64,000 nucleotides of DNA from Minisyncoccia bacterium (GTDB lineage: Bacteria; Patescibacteriota; Minisyncoccia; Phycocordibacterales; UBA918): positions 2,499-66,498 of the forward strand of contig JBKJIT010000004.1 of NCBI GenBank assembly GCA_046598345.1, given 5' to 3'. A program made the translations under genes and the position numbers. The stretch's first letter is position 1. Every line of letters begins with the position of its first letter. Below the pieces are notes generated by a model. It did no database searches and was not told where the DNA came from. It was given only the letters and a program-made list of their open reading frames with translations. Below are positions 29,965 to 40,163 of the stretch, piece after piece.

Positions 29965-31203
29965 TTATTGAACACTTTTTACGAGCACCTCAAGTGATCC
30001 ACTCTGTTCAGTTCCATCTGCAAGTCGTTTCAGCGTGTATTTTTTTGTCGTGTGTTCGGTTTCGCCGAGTACGAGTACATAGGTTGAGCCGTTCTCACCC
30101 GCGCTGCTAATTTTCTTTCCAAGCTTTCTTTCGCCAAAGTCGACAGATGCGGAGACACCAGCTGTCCGAAATTCCTGAGCAATTCTTTCTCCTTCGAGGC
30201 TGTATACAGATTCCATTGGAATCACCACAACCGTTGGCGCAGTAGTTTTTACGCGACCATCAAGGAGTCCGTGTGTTTCGAGAAAATCACGCATGGTTAC
30301 GTCTCCCATTCCAAATCCAATACCAGAAACCGGATCCTCACTAAAGAGCGACGTGAGGTTATCGTAGCGTCCTCCGCCAATCAGTGAACGTGTGTTCTCT
30401 TTGTCAGTATCAAAAAGCTCAAACACCGTTCCGGTGTAGTAATTGAAACCGCGAACGATCGATGTGTCGTAGATGGTGTTCGTAATCCCTAGTGTACGAA
30501 GTCCTTCACGTATCGCCACAATTTCCTCAGGTTCGGTTTCAGGGAGTACAAACTCTGGTCCTGCAATCACTTTGAGCTTTGCTGTAAACTCTTCTGCAGG
30601 CATTTTCTTTTTTCGATCGATGAGTGCATTCGTATCACGAATTTGTTCAGAGGTGAGTCCGTGCGCTGCATAGACTGCATTTTGCACCTTTCGGCTATTT
30701 ATATGAATTACAAAATCATCTGTGTGTGCGCCAAACTCGGTGAGAACATGATAGGCAAGTGAGATCATCTCAACATCAGCTGCTACGGAATCAATACCAA
30801 AGAGATCACAGTTTAGTTGCCAGTGTTCACGGAGTCTGCCACGCTGAGGGCGTTCATATCTAAAAAGGTTTGGAATTGAATACCAGCGTACCGGGAACGA
30901 AAGATCACGGCGTTTCGAAGCGATCATACGCGCGACGGTGGGGGTCATTTCAGGTCGCAATGTCACTTCTCGTTCGCCACGATCAATAAAGGTATATGTC
31001 TGTTCATTTACGAGTTCAGCATTTTCAGCACCCTTACTCCGATACAACTCAGAAGGTTCAAGTACGGAAGCATCATAGCGCTCATAGCCAAACGACTCAG
31101 CAGTCTTTGCCCATGTATCAAAAATATAGCGTTGTATTGCCGCATCACGTGGGTAAAAATCCCGCGTGCCTTTATAGGGTTCCGTCCCTAATTTTTTCTC
31201 CAT
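29965..31203 (-). CDS. hisS: histidine--tRNA ligase
   Basis: class II aaRS motifs; KGTRDFYP, RYERPQ, GGGRYD typical of HisRS. Confidence 0.93.
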   Translation of the reverse strand: MEKKLGTEPYKGTRDFYPRDAAIQRYIFDTWAKTAESFGYERYDASVLEPSELYRSKGAENAELVNEQTYTFIDRGEREVTLRPEMTPTVARMIASKRRDLSFPVRWYSIPNLFRYERPQRGRLREHWQLNCDLFGIDSVAADVEMISLAYHVLTEFGAHTDDFVIHINSRKVQNAVYAAHGLTSEQIRDTNALIDRKKKMPAEEFTAKLKVIAGPEFVLPETEPEEIVAIREGLRTLGITNTIYDTSIVRGFNYYTGTVFELFDTDKENTRSLIGGGRYDNLTSLFSEDPVSGIGFGMGDVTMRDFLETHGLLDGRVKTTAPTVVVIPMESVYSLEGERIAQEFRTAGVSASVDFGERKLGKKISSAGENGSTYVLVLGETEHTTKKYTLKRLADGTEQSGSLEVLVKSVQ

Positions 31204-31261
31204 ACTATGAGCTAGATTGTACGTGAGACGCTTCGTGCTTACAAGCTATGAAGGAGCGTAA

Positions 31262-31828
31262 TTAGACTTCCATTTGTCGTTCACGATGCACGACAACATT
31301 CGCCATCACTGAGTCTGAAGCCTTCAATATAAGTGCTTTGAGTTCACGAGGCTGTGGGAGGCCAGATACTTTAAAGTCCCAGTTTTCTGTTCCTGCGGTC
31401 TGTGCTTTGAGAGATCCAAAATCGAGGAAGGTAGCGATGATACCAATGATTTCAACATTGAGGTCTTGAAGACGTTCGAGTCTGAAACTTGAAATGCTGC
31501 GGTTAAAAAGCCCGCGTTGGTCAATCGCGATAATTCGCTTGTTTGTCAGAATCCACAGATCGAGATAATAATTCGTCCAAATATTAAACAACACCATCCA
31601 GAGAATAAGGAGCCACGTTGCAGTGAGTGCTGTTGCAAGTGCGCCATTAATTTCGGGAAGTGTGCCTTCGAAGCTTGAACCAATGTATGCAATGAGTGGA
31701 AAAAGTACGAGTGGCATGAGCCCTGCAATAAAAATTCCAAACACTTTTGAGGCAAGAATGAACCAGTGCTTCCGCACTTTTGTCAGTATTGTTTCGTCAG
31801 GCTCCAATTGTATTTTTTCCATTAACAT
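31262..31828 (-). CDS. membrane protein with bacterial PH (YdbS/YdbT-like) domain
   Basis: two TM then PH-like domain. Confidence 0.55.
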   Translation of the reverse strand: MLMEKIQLEPDETILTKVRKHWFILASKVFGIFIAGLMPLVLFPLIAYIGSSFEGTLPEINGALATALTATWLLILWMVLFNIWTNYYLDLWILTNKRIIAIDQRGLFNRSISSFRLERLQDLNVEIIGIIATFLDFGSLKAQTAGTENWDFKVSGLPQPRELKALILKASDSVMANVVVHRERQMEV

Positions 31829-31830
31829 AC

Positions 31831-32055
31831 CTAGACAAAATAGAGTGTACTAGCAATTGTAATAAGTAACGCAGCGCCACCCATGAGAAATACAGCGAGA
31901 GCTGTTACTGCTACCTTCTTATCCTCACCATAATTGATCCAGTGAAAACCAAGAAAGAGTGCTTGGATGACAAAAACAAGTGCGAGGACATAAAAAATCC
32001 CTTGAATGCCCATACCGATCATGTCAGAAAGTGGGAGTGCCTGCATGATTCTCAT
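31831..32055 (-). CDS. small hypothetical membrane protein (2 TM)
   Basis: ORF, hydrophobic. Confidence 0.4.
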   Translation of the reverse strand: MRIMQALPLSDMIGMGIQGIFYVLALVFVIQALFLGFHWINYGEDKKVAVTALAVFLMGGAALLITIASTLYFV

Positions 32056-32819
32056 TGTGACACGGCTTTTCCCTCCGTGCGAGTAAGGCGTGTGTATCGG
32101 GGCGTCTCGTATTGGTCATTCAACGTTTGAGCGATAAAGCCAGTTTTCTTTGCAAGAGCAAGAATAAGTCGCACCTGCTCAGGTTCATGTTCTATATATA
32201 GGACTCCAGTGGGTGTGAGGTGAGCACTTGCGCCTACTATAATCTTTTTTATAAGTGACATGCCATCCTTGCCGCCATAGAGGGCGATGTGTGGCTCAAA
32301 TGCACGAACACTTTGTTCTGTTCGATCAGTCGCCGGATCGATGTAGGGCGGATTTGAAAGTATTACATCATAGGAACCACTGACCTCCGTAAACAAATCA
32401 CTCACGATATAGTGAGCGCGATCTCCGGCAATTCCGTTTTCTCGCACGTTTTTTTGAATCGTAGGAATATGACGTACCTCGCTTTCTACAAAATCCACGT
32501 GCGCCCTAGGGCACGCTGCGAGTACTGCAACTCCAATGCAGCCGGATCCCGCGCATAGATCAAGGACGCGAAGGGGTCGCGACTCGGATTTCATATCTCC
32601 GAGCACTCTTTCTACCCAAAACTCCGTTTCTGCCCGTGGAATAAGGGGGTGGGAATCGAGGTAAATTTTGGTATGAAGAAATGGCACGTGCCCAATCACG
32701 TATGCAAGCGGCTCTCCTTGTTTCAGCCGTTGCAAATCAAGTGCGAATGCTTTTTCATTTTCCTCTGTGAGGCGGCCCCCATACTTTTCCTCACAGAGCC
32801 AGAGGGCTTCCTTACTCAT
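32052..32819 (-). CDS. prmC: release-factor glutamine N5-methyltransferase PrmC/HemK
   Basis: VLDLCAGSGCIG SAM motif and NPPY (ILSNPPYI). Confidence 0.85.
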   Translation of the reverse strand: MSKEALWLCEEKYGGRLTEENEKAFALDLQRLKQGEPLAYVIGHVPFLHTKIYLDSHPLIPRAETEFWVERVLGDMKSESRPLRVLDLCAGSGCIGVAVLAACPRAHVDFVESEVRHIPTIQKNVRENGIAGDRAHYIVSDLFTEVSGSYDVILSNPPYIDPATDRTEQSVRAFEPHIALYGGKDGMSLIKKIIVGASAHLTPTGVLYIEHEPEQVRLILALAKKTGFIAQTLNDQYETPRYTRLTRTEGKAVSQ

Positions 32820-32868
32820 AGTAGTGCGACTATACGATGGATTCTCATTTTATGCTATGCTCATCCTC

Positions 32869-33612
32869 ATGAACACGACTGACAACATGCTCGTTATCGA
32901 TCATTTGACCAAAAAATATGACGACAAGGTCGCGGTCGATGACCTGTCTCTCACTATTAAACGAGGGATGTTTTTTGGGCTTTTGGGTCCAAACGGAGCG
33001 GGGAAGTCAACGACTATTAAATGCATCACGGGAATTGGAAGAATCACCTCAGGAAAAATCCTGGTAGATGGACTTGATGTTGAAAAGGATTACAAGGAGG
33101 CGAGGGGCAAAGTAGGGCTTTCACCACAAGATTTCAATGTGGATTTTTTTGGCACCTGTGAGAAAAATCTTGATTACATGGCGGGCTACTATGGTATTCC
33201 AAAGGCAATACGTGAGAAACGTACCAACGAACTCCTCAAACGATTTGATCTCGAAGAACATCGACACAAATCATTCGATAAACTTTCAGGTGGTCTGAAG
33301 CGACGTCTCGTATTGGCACGTGCACTGGTGAATGAGCCAGTACTTCTTATTCTTGATGAGCCAACAGCGGGTATTGATGTTGAGCAACGCCATGCACTGT
33401 GGGGCTATTTGCAAGAATTGAATGCAGCGGGGACGACGATCATTCTCACGTCACACTATCTCGAAGAGGTAGAACATCTCTGTAGCGATATTGCGATTAT
33501 CAATCATGGAAAGATTGTTGCAGAGGGGACAAAGGAAGAATTTATTAAAGACGGTTCTTCACTTGAGGAAAAATATCTTGAGATAACTAAGACGTCAGCA
33601 ACACCGGTATGA
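32869..33612 (+). CDS. ABC transporter ATP-binding protein (ORF-track start 32767 overlaps prmC; start near 32857–32887 more likely)
   Basis: Walker A GPNGAGKST, signature LSGGLKRR, Walker B LLILDEPT. Confidence 0.85.
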   Translation: MNTTDNMLVIDHLTKKYDDKVAVDDLSLTIKRGMFFGLLGPNGAGKSTTIKCITGIGRITSGKILVDGLDVEKDYKEARGKVGLSPQDFNVDFFGTCEKNLDYMAGYYGIPKAIREKRTNELLKRFDLEEHRHKSFDKLSGGLKRRLVLARALVNEPVLLILDEPTAGIDVEQRHALWGYLQELNAAGTTIILTSHYLEEVEHLCSDIAIINHGKIVAEGTKEEFIKDGSSLEEKYLEITKTSATPV

Positions 33613-34379
33613 AACACATAAATTGGATAGGCCTATACACCATGGTCCGACGTGAAGTCGAGCGTACGATGCGTGTGAAAGTGCAAACGCTTGTATCCCC
33701 GGTTATGTCGGCAGCCTTGTATATCTTTATTTTCGGTCAAGTCATCGGAACAAAAATTGAGGATATTATTGGCGTACCATACATCACCTTTGTGTTTCCT
33801 GGTATTCTCATGCTCTCCGTTATCAATGCAGCCTTTGCATCGAGTTCAAGTTCGCTCTACTTTGCGCGTTTCATTCACTCTGTAGACGAGCTTCTTGTTG
33901 CTCCGTTCTCATACCTTGAAATGGTCTTTGGGTTTATGTTTGGCGCAATGATGCGGGGTGTAATGGTTGCTATTCTGATTATTCTCGTAGGGCTTGCCTT
34001 TGGCGCAGTGTCGCTCGCTAACCCATTCGCATTCTTCTTCTACATCATCGCCATATCAGGCATTTTCTCCGCGCTCGGCATGCTCGTCGCGCTCTGGGCA
34101 CAGGGATTTGAACAGCTCTCGTCCCTCAACACCTTTGTGATTACGCCGCTCACATACTTGGGAGGAATTTTTTATTCGATCACGATGCTCCCTGCATTTG
34201 CCGAGACACTCACTAAACTCAATCCGTTCTTCTATTTTGTTGATGGTATTAGAAGTTCAATGATTGGTGTGAGTGAGGCGAATACAACTTTTGGACTTTT
34301 CCTTATATTGGCACTTTTCGTAGGACTCACGACGCTCATTGTGCACCTTTTCTATATTGGGTGGCGCATTCGATCGTAA
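33609..34379 (+). CDS. ABC-2 type transporter permease
   Basis: 6 TM; 4-nt overlap with ATPase gene. Confidence 0.8.
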   Translation: MKHINWIGLYTMVRREVERTMRVKVQTLVSPVMSAALYIFIFGQVIGTKIEDIIGVPYITFVFPGILMLSVINAAFASSSSSLYFARFIHSVDELLVAPFSYLEMVFGFMFGAMMRGVMVAILIILVGLAFGAVSLANPFAFFFYIIAISGIFSALGMLVALWAQGFEQLSSLNTFVITPLTYLGGIFYSITMLPAFAETLTKLNPFFYFVDGIRSSMIGVSEANTTFGLFLILALFVGLTTLIVHLFYIGWRIRS

Positions 34380-34491
34380 TCTTCTCAAGGTTAGTCACAG
34401 ATTTCTTTTTACAAGGAGTGCCATGTTCTGTCATTATGATAATGAAGGCACAGTTCATTGATTTTTCTGTTCACACTCAAGGGAGGTCAAG

Positions 34492-35043
34492 ATGGTCTAT
34501 CTAGCGTTGGTTTTGTCGCTTCTTTCAGCTACGAGTCTGGTGTGGGCCACAGTACCTACTCAGATGTTGTTCCCGCAAAACATTCGCAGTGATCTTGCGG
34601 CACATATGATGAGTACGGAAGAAAGGAGGCATCAGGAAGCTGTGGCACTCCGGGAGCTTTCCGCAGCGTTTGTGTGGGAAGCCGAGGCCCATGATAGTTA
34701 CGTGGTGCGACGTGGGCTTCTCACGGAGGCAATGATCGAAGCCAAAAAAGCACGAAACCTGATAAACCGCCTACCCAATCTAGAACGCGTGGAGCCCCGC
34801 CTCGTACGTGATATTGAGTGGATCGAGGACCAGGAACGGGAAGCTAAAATCAGGTTCCATCTCAATGAGTTTTGGGAGGTACTGAAAAAGTATGGAACAC
34901 AGAAGGCGCAGGTGCACATGGAAGACGCCAAGTGGATCATGCAGTTCGTGAAAACGGAACGGTCTCAGCGATTGCTTTCTGGAGTGATCGCGGAGAATGA
35001 AAAGGAAACGGAAGAATGGAGGAAGAACGGATGGGTGAAGTAA
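34492..35043 (+). CDS. hypothetical secreted protein
   Basis: signal peptide MVYLALVLSLLSATSLVWA. Confidence 0.5.
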   Translation: MVYLALVLSLLSATSLVWATVPTQMLFPQNIRSDLAAHMMSTEERRHQEAVALRELSAAFVWEAEAHDSYVVRRGLLTEAMIEAKKARNLINRLPNLERVEPRLVRDIEWIEDQEREAKIRFHLNEFWEVLKKYGTQKAQVHMEDAKWIMQFVKTERSQRLLSGVIAENEKETEEWRKNGWVK

Positions 35044-35044
35044 T

Positions 35045-35084
35045 AAAACCCGGAAGCGCTACGCCGCGCTTCCGGGTTTTAAAA
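35045..35084 (+). terminator. intrinsic terminator (aacccggaagcg / cgcttccgggtt)
   Basis: 12-bp stem plus T4. Confidence 0.65.
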
Positions 35085-35133
35085 TGCACAAATCTTTTCA
35101 ATCTGGGTAATATCACATGCTACACTTATCCGT

Positions 35134-36159
35134 ATGCGCGACAACACTGACCTCTACACTATCGTCAAAGGTCTTATGCAATCCGGGAAGGGGATCTTGG
35201 CTGCTGATGAGAGTGATGCGACTGCAGGGAAACGACTTCAAATTGCAAACCTACCCAATCAGACAGGAAATCGTCAGGATTTTCGTGAGATTTTATTTAC
35301 CGCGCCTGGCATTGAGGAGTTTCTTTCAGGAGTTATTCTCTATGATTCTACGCTTCGTGAATCTACAGATCAGGGCGTGCCATTTGCGGACGTGCTTACT
35401 GCGCGAGGGATTATTCCTGGTATAAAAGTTGATCAGGGAACTGTTCCACTCCCAAACTTTCCTGGAGAAGTGGTGACGCAGGGGCTTGATAATCTATCGA
35501 TGCGCCTTCGTGAGTACTACGAACTCGGTGCGCGCTTTACGAAGTGGCGCGGTGTGATAACGATTGATGAAAGCATCCCGACTGACGAAGCGCTCAAACT
35601 CAATGCTGCGGTATTTGCACAGTATGCGCTCCTCGTACAGGAAATCGGCATGGTGCCGATTGTAGAACCTGAAGTTATTTTTTCAGGAAAGCATTCAATT
35701 CGTCGCGCTGAAGAAGTCACGACACGCACACTCCAAATTTTGTTTCATGCCCTGAATCAGTACCGAGTGGATCTTAAGGGACTTATTCTCAAATCGAGTA
35801 TGGTGCTCGCGGGCGACACGGCTACGCCACCGTCTTTGCCTGACGAGGTTGCGACTGCAACACTCCGCACGTTTCATTTAGGAGTACCGCGCGAAGTTGG
35901 AGGGATTGTATTTCTATCCGGTGGGCAAACCGCAAAGCGTGCGACAGAGAATCTGCAAGCAATTGCAAGTATGGGTGAACAACCCTGGCCCATTACATTT
36001 TCATACTCACGTGCAATTGAAGAACCATTTCTCGTTGCGTGGCAGGGGAAGCCAGAAAATATTCCACAAGCACAAAAAGTGCTGCTCCATCATGTACGAA
36101 TGAATGCGTTGGCTCAGCTCGGCAAATACGACCCGGCACGAGACAAAACCCAAAAGTAA
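35134..36159 (+). CDS. fructose-bisphosphate aldolase, class I (Schiff-base type)
   Basis: GKGILAADES, IVPIVEPEV, FLSGGQ, TFSYSRA align with class I (animal-type) FBA. Confidence 0.9.
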   Translation: MRDNTDLYTIVKGLMQSGKGILAADESDATAGKRLQIANLPNQTGNRQDFREILFTAPGIEEFLSGVILYDSTLRESTDQGVPFADVLTARGIIPGIKVDQGTVPLPNFPGEVVTQGLDNLSMRLREYYELGARFTKWRGVITIDESIPTDEALKLNAAVFAQYALLVQEIGMVPIVEPEVIFSGKHSIRRAEEVTTRTLQILFHALNQYRVDLKGLILKSSMVLAGDTATPPSLPDEVATATLRTFHLGVPREVGGIVFLSGGQTAKRATENLQAIASMGEQPWPITFSYSRAIEEPFLVAWQGKPENIPQAQKVLLHHVRMNALAQLGKYDPARDKTQK

Positions 36160-36309
36160 TACACGCAAAAATACACTACCTCCTTTGTCGCCTTCGTCAT
36201 TCAAACAGTCACCATATTTGTATATGGCTCCTGTTTTCATTCCTCGGCTTCGCGGATCTTGTGTATTTTTGCGTGTGTTTTCTCGTGGATCTGAAGTGGT
36301 GAATTTAAA

Positions 36310-36342
36310 ACAAAAACCCCGCACTTCGTGCGGGGTTTTTGT
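36310..36342. terminator. bidirectional terminator between fba and rpmG (ccccgcac-ttc-gtgcgggg with A5/T5)
   Basis: read directly. Confidence 0.7.
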
Positions 36343-36515
36343 TACTTCTTTTCTTTGTAAATTGTGTGCTTTTGCGCGACTGGGTTGAATTTCTTGAATT
36401 CAAACTTCTTGTCTGCATGCTTTCGCTTGTTCTTCCGAGTGTAATAGACATGCCCCTTACCAACGCCCTTAGCGTCGCCCACGGAGACTAGTCGTATGAG
36501 GTTGTTTTGTGACAT
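36342..36515 (-). CDS. rpmG: 50S ribosomal protein L33 (57 aa; below ORF-track cutoff)
   Basis: manual translation [57 protein letters not shown]; ..KKF(D/N)PV..H..YKE is the L33 C-terminal signature. Confidence 0.75.
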   Translation of the reverse strand: MSQNNLIRLVSVGDAKGVGKGHVYYTRKNKRKHADKKFEFKKFNPVAQKHTIYKEKK

Positions 36516-36561
36516 AACGGGGAGATAGTACCAGAAATGTGAGCTTGGGTCAATTGGCTCT

Positions 36562-37383
36562 CTAACGGTACTTTTTAGCCCAAAAACCCCAGAATCTTGT
36601 CACAGGAACGTACTTTCCAACGGTTGTCCTATGGATGGAATACGCTAGCGCGCACGTCCCCAGATCTTTAGCTATCTCTTCTGCAAGTGTACGCATGTAC
36701 GTTCCAGATGATGCGATACAAGTCATGCGTGCCAGCTGGAAATGAAGCGGTGTTGCCCTAGATTCTAAAAATGCCTTCCAATCTGCGCGAACATCCTTAC
36801 GGCGGAAATCGTTACCCAGCTCTTTCGAAGCCTCAGTTACCTTTGGAATGGTTTCAATTTTTTCTGACGCTGTACGGTAGACTTCTTCTTTTGAAATCGT
36901 GCGGATGTTAACTACATGCAGTTTGTAAATCCGAGAGGTTTTTGTTGGGATCGTAATTTCATTCAGTCGATTCTCGAGTGTCCACACATGGAGTGGTTTT
37001 CCGTGCACGGTCTTTGATGAGAAGTGTGGGTAGGGAAGGGTGATAGTGCCCACGAGATTTCGTACTGTACTTCCGAGTTCGTTTTCAGTCATCTTTCTCG
37101 CTTCGCAAAAGTCGAGACGCCCTAAAACATCCCCCGTATCAGAATGTACTCCAAAGAGAATTTCAATCTGGTACTCCTTATCGAGTTCGTGATATTTTTC
37201 CTGCACTTTGCATTCGTCTCCTATTAAGACGAGGAGTGTACCCGAAGCCATTGGGTCAAGTCTCCCCGCATAGGCTAGAGGTACATCGTTTGTAACATTC
37301 TCTGTTTGCCTAAAGCGTTCGAGCGCTTGGAGGGGTGTTTCCCCGACACTTTTTTCTATAGTACCAAATCGTTCCATATACAC
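36562..37383 (-). CDS. truB: tRNA pseudouridine(55) synthase TruB-family
   Basis: catalytic-Asp block [40 protein letters not shown] align with TruB. Confidence 0.75.
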   Translation of the reverse strand: MYMERFGTIEKSVGETPLQALERFRQTENVTNDVPLAYAGRLDPMASGTLLVLIGDECKVQEKYHELDKEYQIEILFGVHSDTGDVLGRLDFCEARKMTENELGSTVRNLVGTITLPYPHFSSKTVHGKPLHVWTLENRLNEITIPTKTSRIYKLHVVNIRTISKEEVYRTASEKIETIPKVTEASKELGNDFRRKDVRADWKAFLESRATPLHFQLARMTCIASSGTYMRTLAEEIAKDLGTCALAYSIHRTTVGKYVPVTRFWGFWAKKYR

Positions 37384-37407
37384 ACCTTACAGGTAATTTT
37401 AAAATTT

Positions 37408-37445
37408 AAAACGCCCGGCTGTCGTAATGACAGGCGGGCGTTCGA
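37408..37445 (-). terminator. intrinsic terminator of GC-rich gene 37472..37879
   Basis: cgcccggctgtc / gacaggcgggcg (one mismatch); T-run on minus strand. Confidence 0.55.
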
Positions 37446-37471
37446 TGGATCAAGGACTGCTTTAACTGATG

Positions 37472-37879
37472 CTACTTCAAGTGGCAGGGGACGATCCTCC
37501 ACCGCTCATCCAGGTGATCTCCACGATTGTTCTTCGATTCCCGTTGGAGTCGTGCTTTCCCCTTGAGGTGGATCTTAGCTAGCTGCATCGCCTCAGCGAT
37601 GGCCATAACCTGTGGCCATTTCGGCGAACCGCTGAATACCAGCACCGTGTAGTGCTCGCGTTTTTCGAAGTGGAAAGCTTGAGACGAGGGCAAATTAACC
37701 CTTTTCCATTCAGCATCCACAAGTTCCCGAATTACCGCTTTGCACTCGACCAAATCGACCGGTCGCCTCGCCTTCTTTGGAGCTGCAATAGGAGGGGGTT
37801 CCCCCATCGTCGCGCGTGCTCCAGCCGCTACCGAATTTCCGGCACCTTGTCCTGCGTTCTGTTTAGACTCAAAAGTCAT
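37472..37879 (-). CDS. hypothetical protein (GC-rich islet)
   Basis: ORF; GC visibly higher than neighbours. Confidence 0.45.
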   Translation of the reverse strand: MTFESKQNAGQGAGNSVAAGARATMGEPPPIAAPKKARRPVDLVECKAVIRELVDAEWKRVNLPSSQAFHFEKREHYTVLVFSGSPKWPQVMAIAEAMQLAKIHLKGKARLQRESKNNRGDHLDERWRIVPCHLK

Positions 37880-38049
37880 TATTCTACCCCTGTAAGACGG
37901 TTGTTTTCAAAAACTACGCATGGGTACTGCTACTTCCGTGTTTGATTGTACTACACAAGTGTACATTGTCAATCTATTACGTAGGATATTGAAAATAAAA
38001 AAGCCGCCGTCCTTAGAAAGCAACGGCAGCTTTCGTCAGGTCGGCGGCG

Positions 38050-38571
38050 TTACTTCACGCGGTTGTTATTTGGAGCAATGATGCCCTTGCCGTCGGGCAT
38101 CGACGAAATGACGATCTGCTTCGTAACTCCGGCGAAGGCGAGCACTGGCGCAGTGTAGGGAATCCCGCTTGAAAAAGCAAAATGCCCTTCGAGCTGGAGG
38201 AAGTCCCCAATGAACTGCCCCCCCGAGTTGAATACCGGCCGTGAGCCTGTAACAACCCAGACAAGAGATCCTTCGTCGATCTGCTGCGAGCCGGCATAGG
38301 AGCCGTCGCACTGATTTTGGAAGGACACCTCGGCGTAGTTCAGCCACTTTATGTGCGACACCAGCCTGGTCTCGCAGTACACCTGCTGTGGCACTTCCAC
38401 GCGGGTGCTGCCTTTCTTGGCCGACACTTTCGACATTTCCGGCGGCGTGGCCAGAATGTAGTCGCGAACGACGACTTCGCCGTTCTCGAACATCTTCACC
38501 TGCGCCGCGTCGGTTACGCCGACAAGCATGGTCATAAGTGCAAGGAAACCAAAGATCCAATTTTTCATCAC
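38050..38571 (-). CDS. hypothetical secreted protein (GC-rich islet)
   Basis: signal peptide MMKNWIFGFLALMTMLVGVTDAAQV; alternative-frame ORF 38066..38560 judged spurious. Confidence 0.55.
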   Translation of the reverse strand: MMKNWIFGFLALMTMLVGVTDAAQVKMFENGEVVVRDYILATPPEMSKVSAKKGSTRVEVPQQVYCETRLVSHIKWLNYAEVSFQNQCDGSYAGSQQIDEGSLVWVVTGSRPVFNSGGQFIGDFLQLEGHFAFSSGIPYTAPVLAFAGVTKQIVISSMPDGKGIIAPNNNRVK

Positions 38572-38903
38572 TTCTCCCTGTGGAGGATGGGTAGGGCGGA
38601 ATGCACTACCTCTACTTTTATTATAGCATCAAATACATTTAAAGTCAAGTAGCGAAATGGAGTATTTTTCGTATTTATAGGGAGAGCTTATACAGGAACA
38701 TAATAGCAAAGTGTATCCATCGGCTTTAAAATGACATCTTATCCTTCATGTAAAGGTGGCCAGAAAATAATGAGCGTAGCGATTATGTTTTCTGAGTCCG
38801 TCGGAACGCGCTTCCAAAATGCCTCGTTCCGACGCATCTGTCCTGCTTATGGTGTAATAATTTCTTACTGTAAGAGCTCAAAAATAATATCGTCCTTACT
38901 AGT

Positions 38904-40118
38904 ATGACTTCAACAACAATGACACATTTTCGAATTGGATTCCTTATAGCCATTTTTTTGACACTCGGTTTAGTAGTTCCAGGAGAGACTCACGCAGCTA
39001 CCAGCACCACTACCTTCGATGTCGGTGGATGGATTCCATATTGGCGTGATTCCGAAGGTATTAAAGATGCTCGAAAAAATATTAAAGATCTAGATACAGT
39101 ATTTCCATTCTCATACGTCATCACTTCAGATGGTGGCGTGAAGGATCTCGCGGATATGCAGAGTTCTGAGTGGAAGAGATTTGTAACATTTGCACAAGAG
39201 AAGAATGTAAAAGTAATTCCAACAATTATGACGAGTGATGGTGCACTTCTGCACACAATCCTAAGTAATGAAGAGCTTCGCAAAAAACATATTACTGCAA
39301 TCGTCGATATGGTGAAGAAGGGTAAGTATGACGGTGTCGACATTGACTATGAAGGGAAGAAGAAAGAAACGAAAGATTATTTTTCACTGTTTCTCAAAGA
39401 ACTAAATGCAAAGCTTGGAAAGAAAATCCTTACGTGTACGATTGAAGCGCGCACACCGCCCGAGTCGTTGTACCGAGAAGTGCCCACTGTCATTAATTAC
39501 GCAAATGATTTCAAAGCGATTGCAAAGTATTGTGATCGAGTGGAAATCATGGCGTATGATCAACAGCGCGCTGATATCAAGTTAAATGATGCCCGGAAAG
39601 GCACGCCGTACGTTCCAGTCGCAGATCCTGATTGGGTAGAGAAGGTAATTAAGCTTGCGCTCAAGGACATTCCGAAGGAAAAAATTGTACTTGGGGTCCC
39701 GACCTATGGACGACTCTGGCTCGTGACTGCAGCTCCTGAATGGTATCAAAGTTATCAGGTTGTGGGCGCAGTAAATATGCCAGCCATCGAAAAGATCGCT
39801 AAGCAGTACAACGCAACCTCAAGTCGCAATAGTGCAGGTGAACTCAGTTTTACGTATGCTCCCACTACTACGATGTTTGCAATTCCCAGTTCTATAAAAG
39901 CGCCGAAGGGAACTGAGCCCGGCAACATTGCTGCAGCACGTGCGCTCGCATACGCCACAAAGACAGGGAAGAACATAGTTTTTTATCTCGCCTGGTACAG
40001 CGATGCGCACGCAATTGAAGATAAAATAGATCTTGCGAAGGAGTATGGGTTAAAGGGTATTGCGCTCTTTAAGATTGATGGGGAGGAGGATAAAAGGATC
40101 TGGTCTATCATCAAATAG
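38904..40118 (+). CDS. secreted glycoside hydrolase family 18-like protein
   Basis: signal peptide; catalytic-type motif YDGVDIDYEG (DGxDxDxE). Confidence 0.7.
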   Translation: MTSTTMTHFRIGFLIAIFLTLGLVVPGETHAATSTTTFDVGGWIPYWRDSEGIKDARKNIKDLDTVFPFSYVITSDGGVKDLADMQSSEWKRFVTFAQEKNVKVIPTIMTSDGALLHTILSNEELRKKHITAIVDMVKKGKYDGVDIDYEGKKKETKDYFSLFLKELNAKLGKKILTCTIEARTPPESLYREVPTVINYANDFKAIAKYCDRVEIMAYDQQRADIKLNDARKGTPYVPVADPDWVEKVIKLALKDIPKEKIVLGVPTYGRLWLVTAAPEWYQSYQVVGAVNMPAIEKIAKQYNATSSRNSAGELSFTYAPTTTMFAIPSSIKAPKGTEPGNIAAARALAYATKTGKNIVFYLAWYSDAHAIEDKIDLAKEYGLKGIALFKIDGEEDKRIWSIIK

Positions 40119-40163
40119 AATCTCGCTCCATGTTTCAGTGTACCTAAGAGCGAATAATTCTAT

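Noticed and set aside
31831-34379. prmC / ABC ATPase overlap as a sign of antisense regulation
   Set aside because: The overlap disappears when the ABC gene starts at an internal Met (32857–32887), which fits ABC ATPase N-termini.
38066-38560. 164-aa Arg-rich ORF overlapping the secreted-protein gene in another frame
   Set aside because: This is a typical spurious reading of GC-rich DNA. The other frame has a clean signal peptide.
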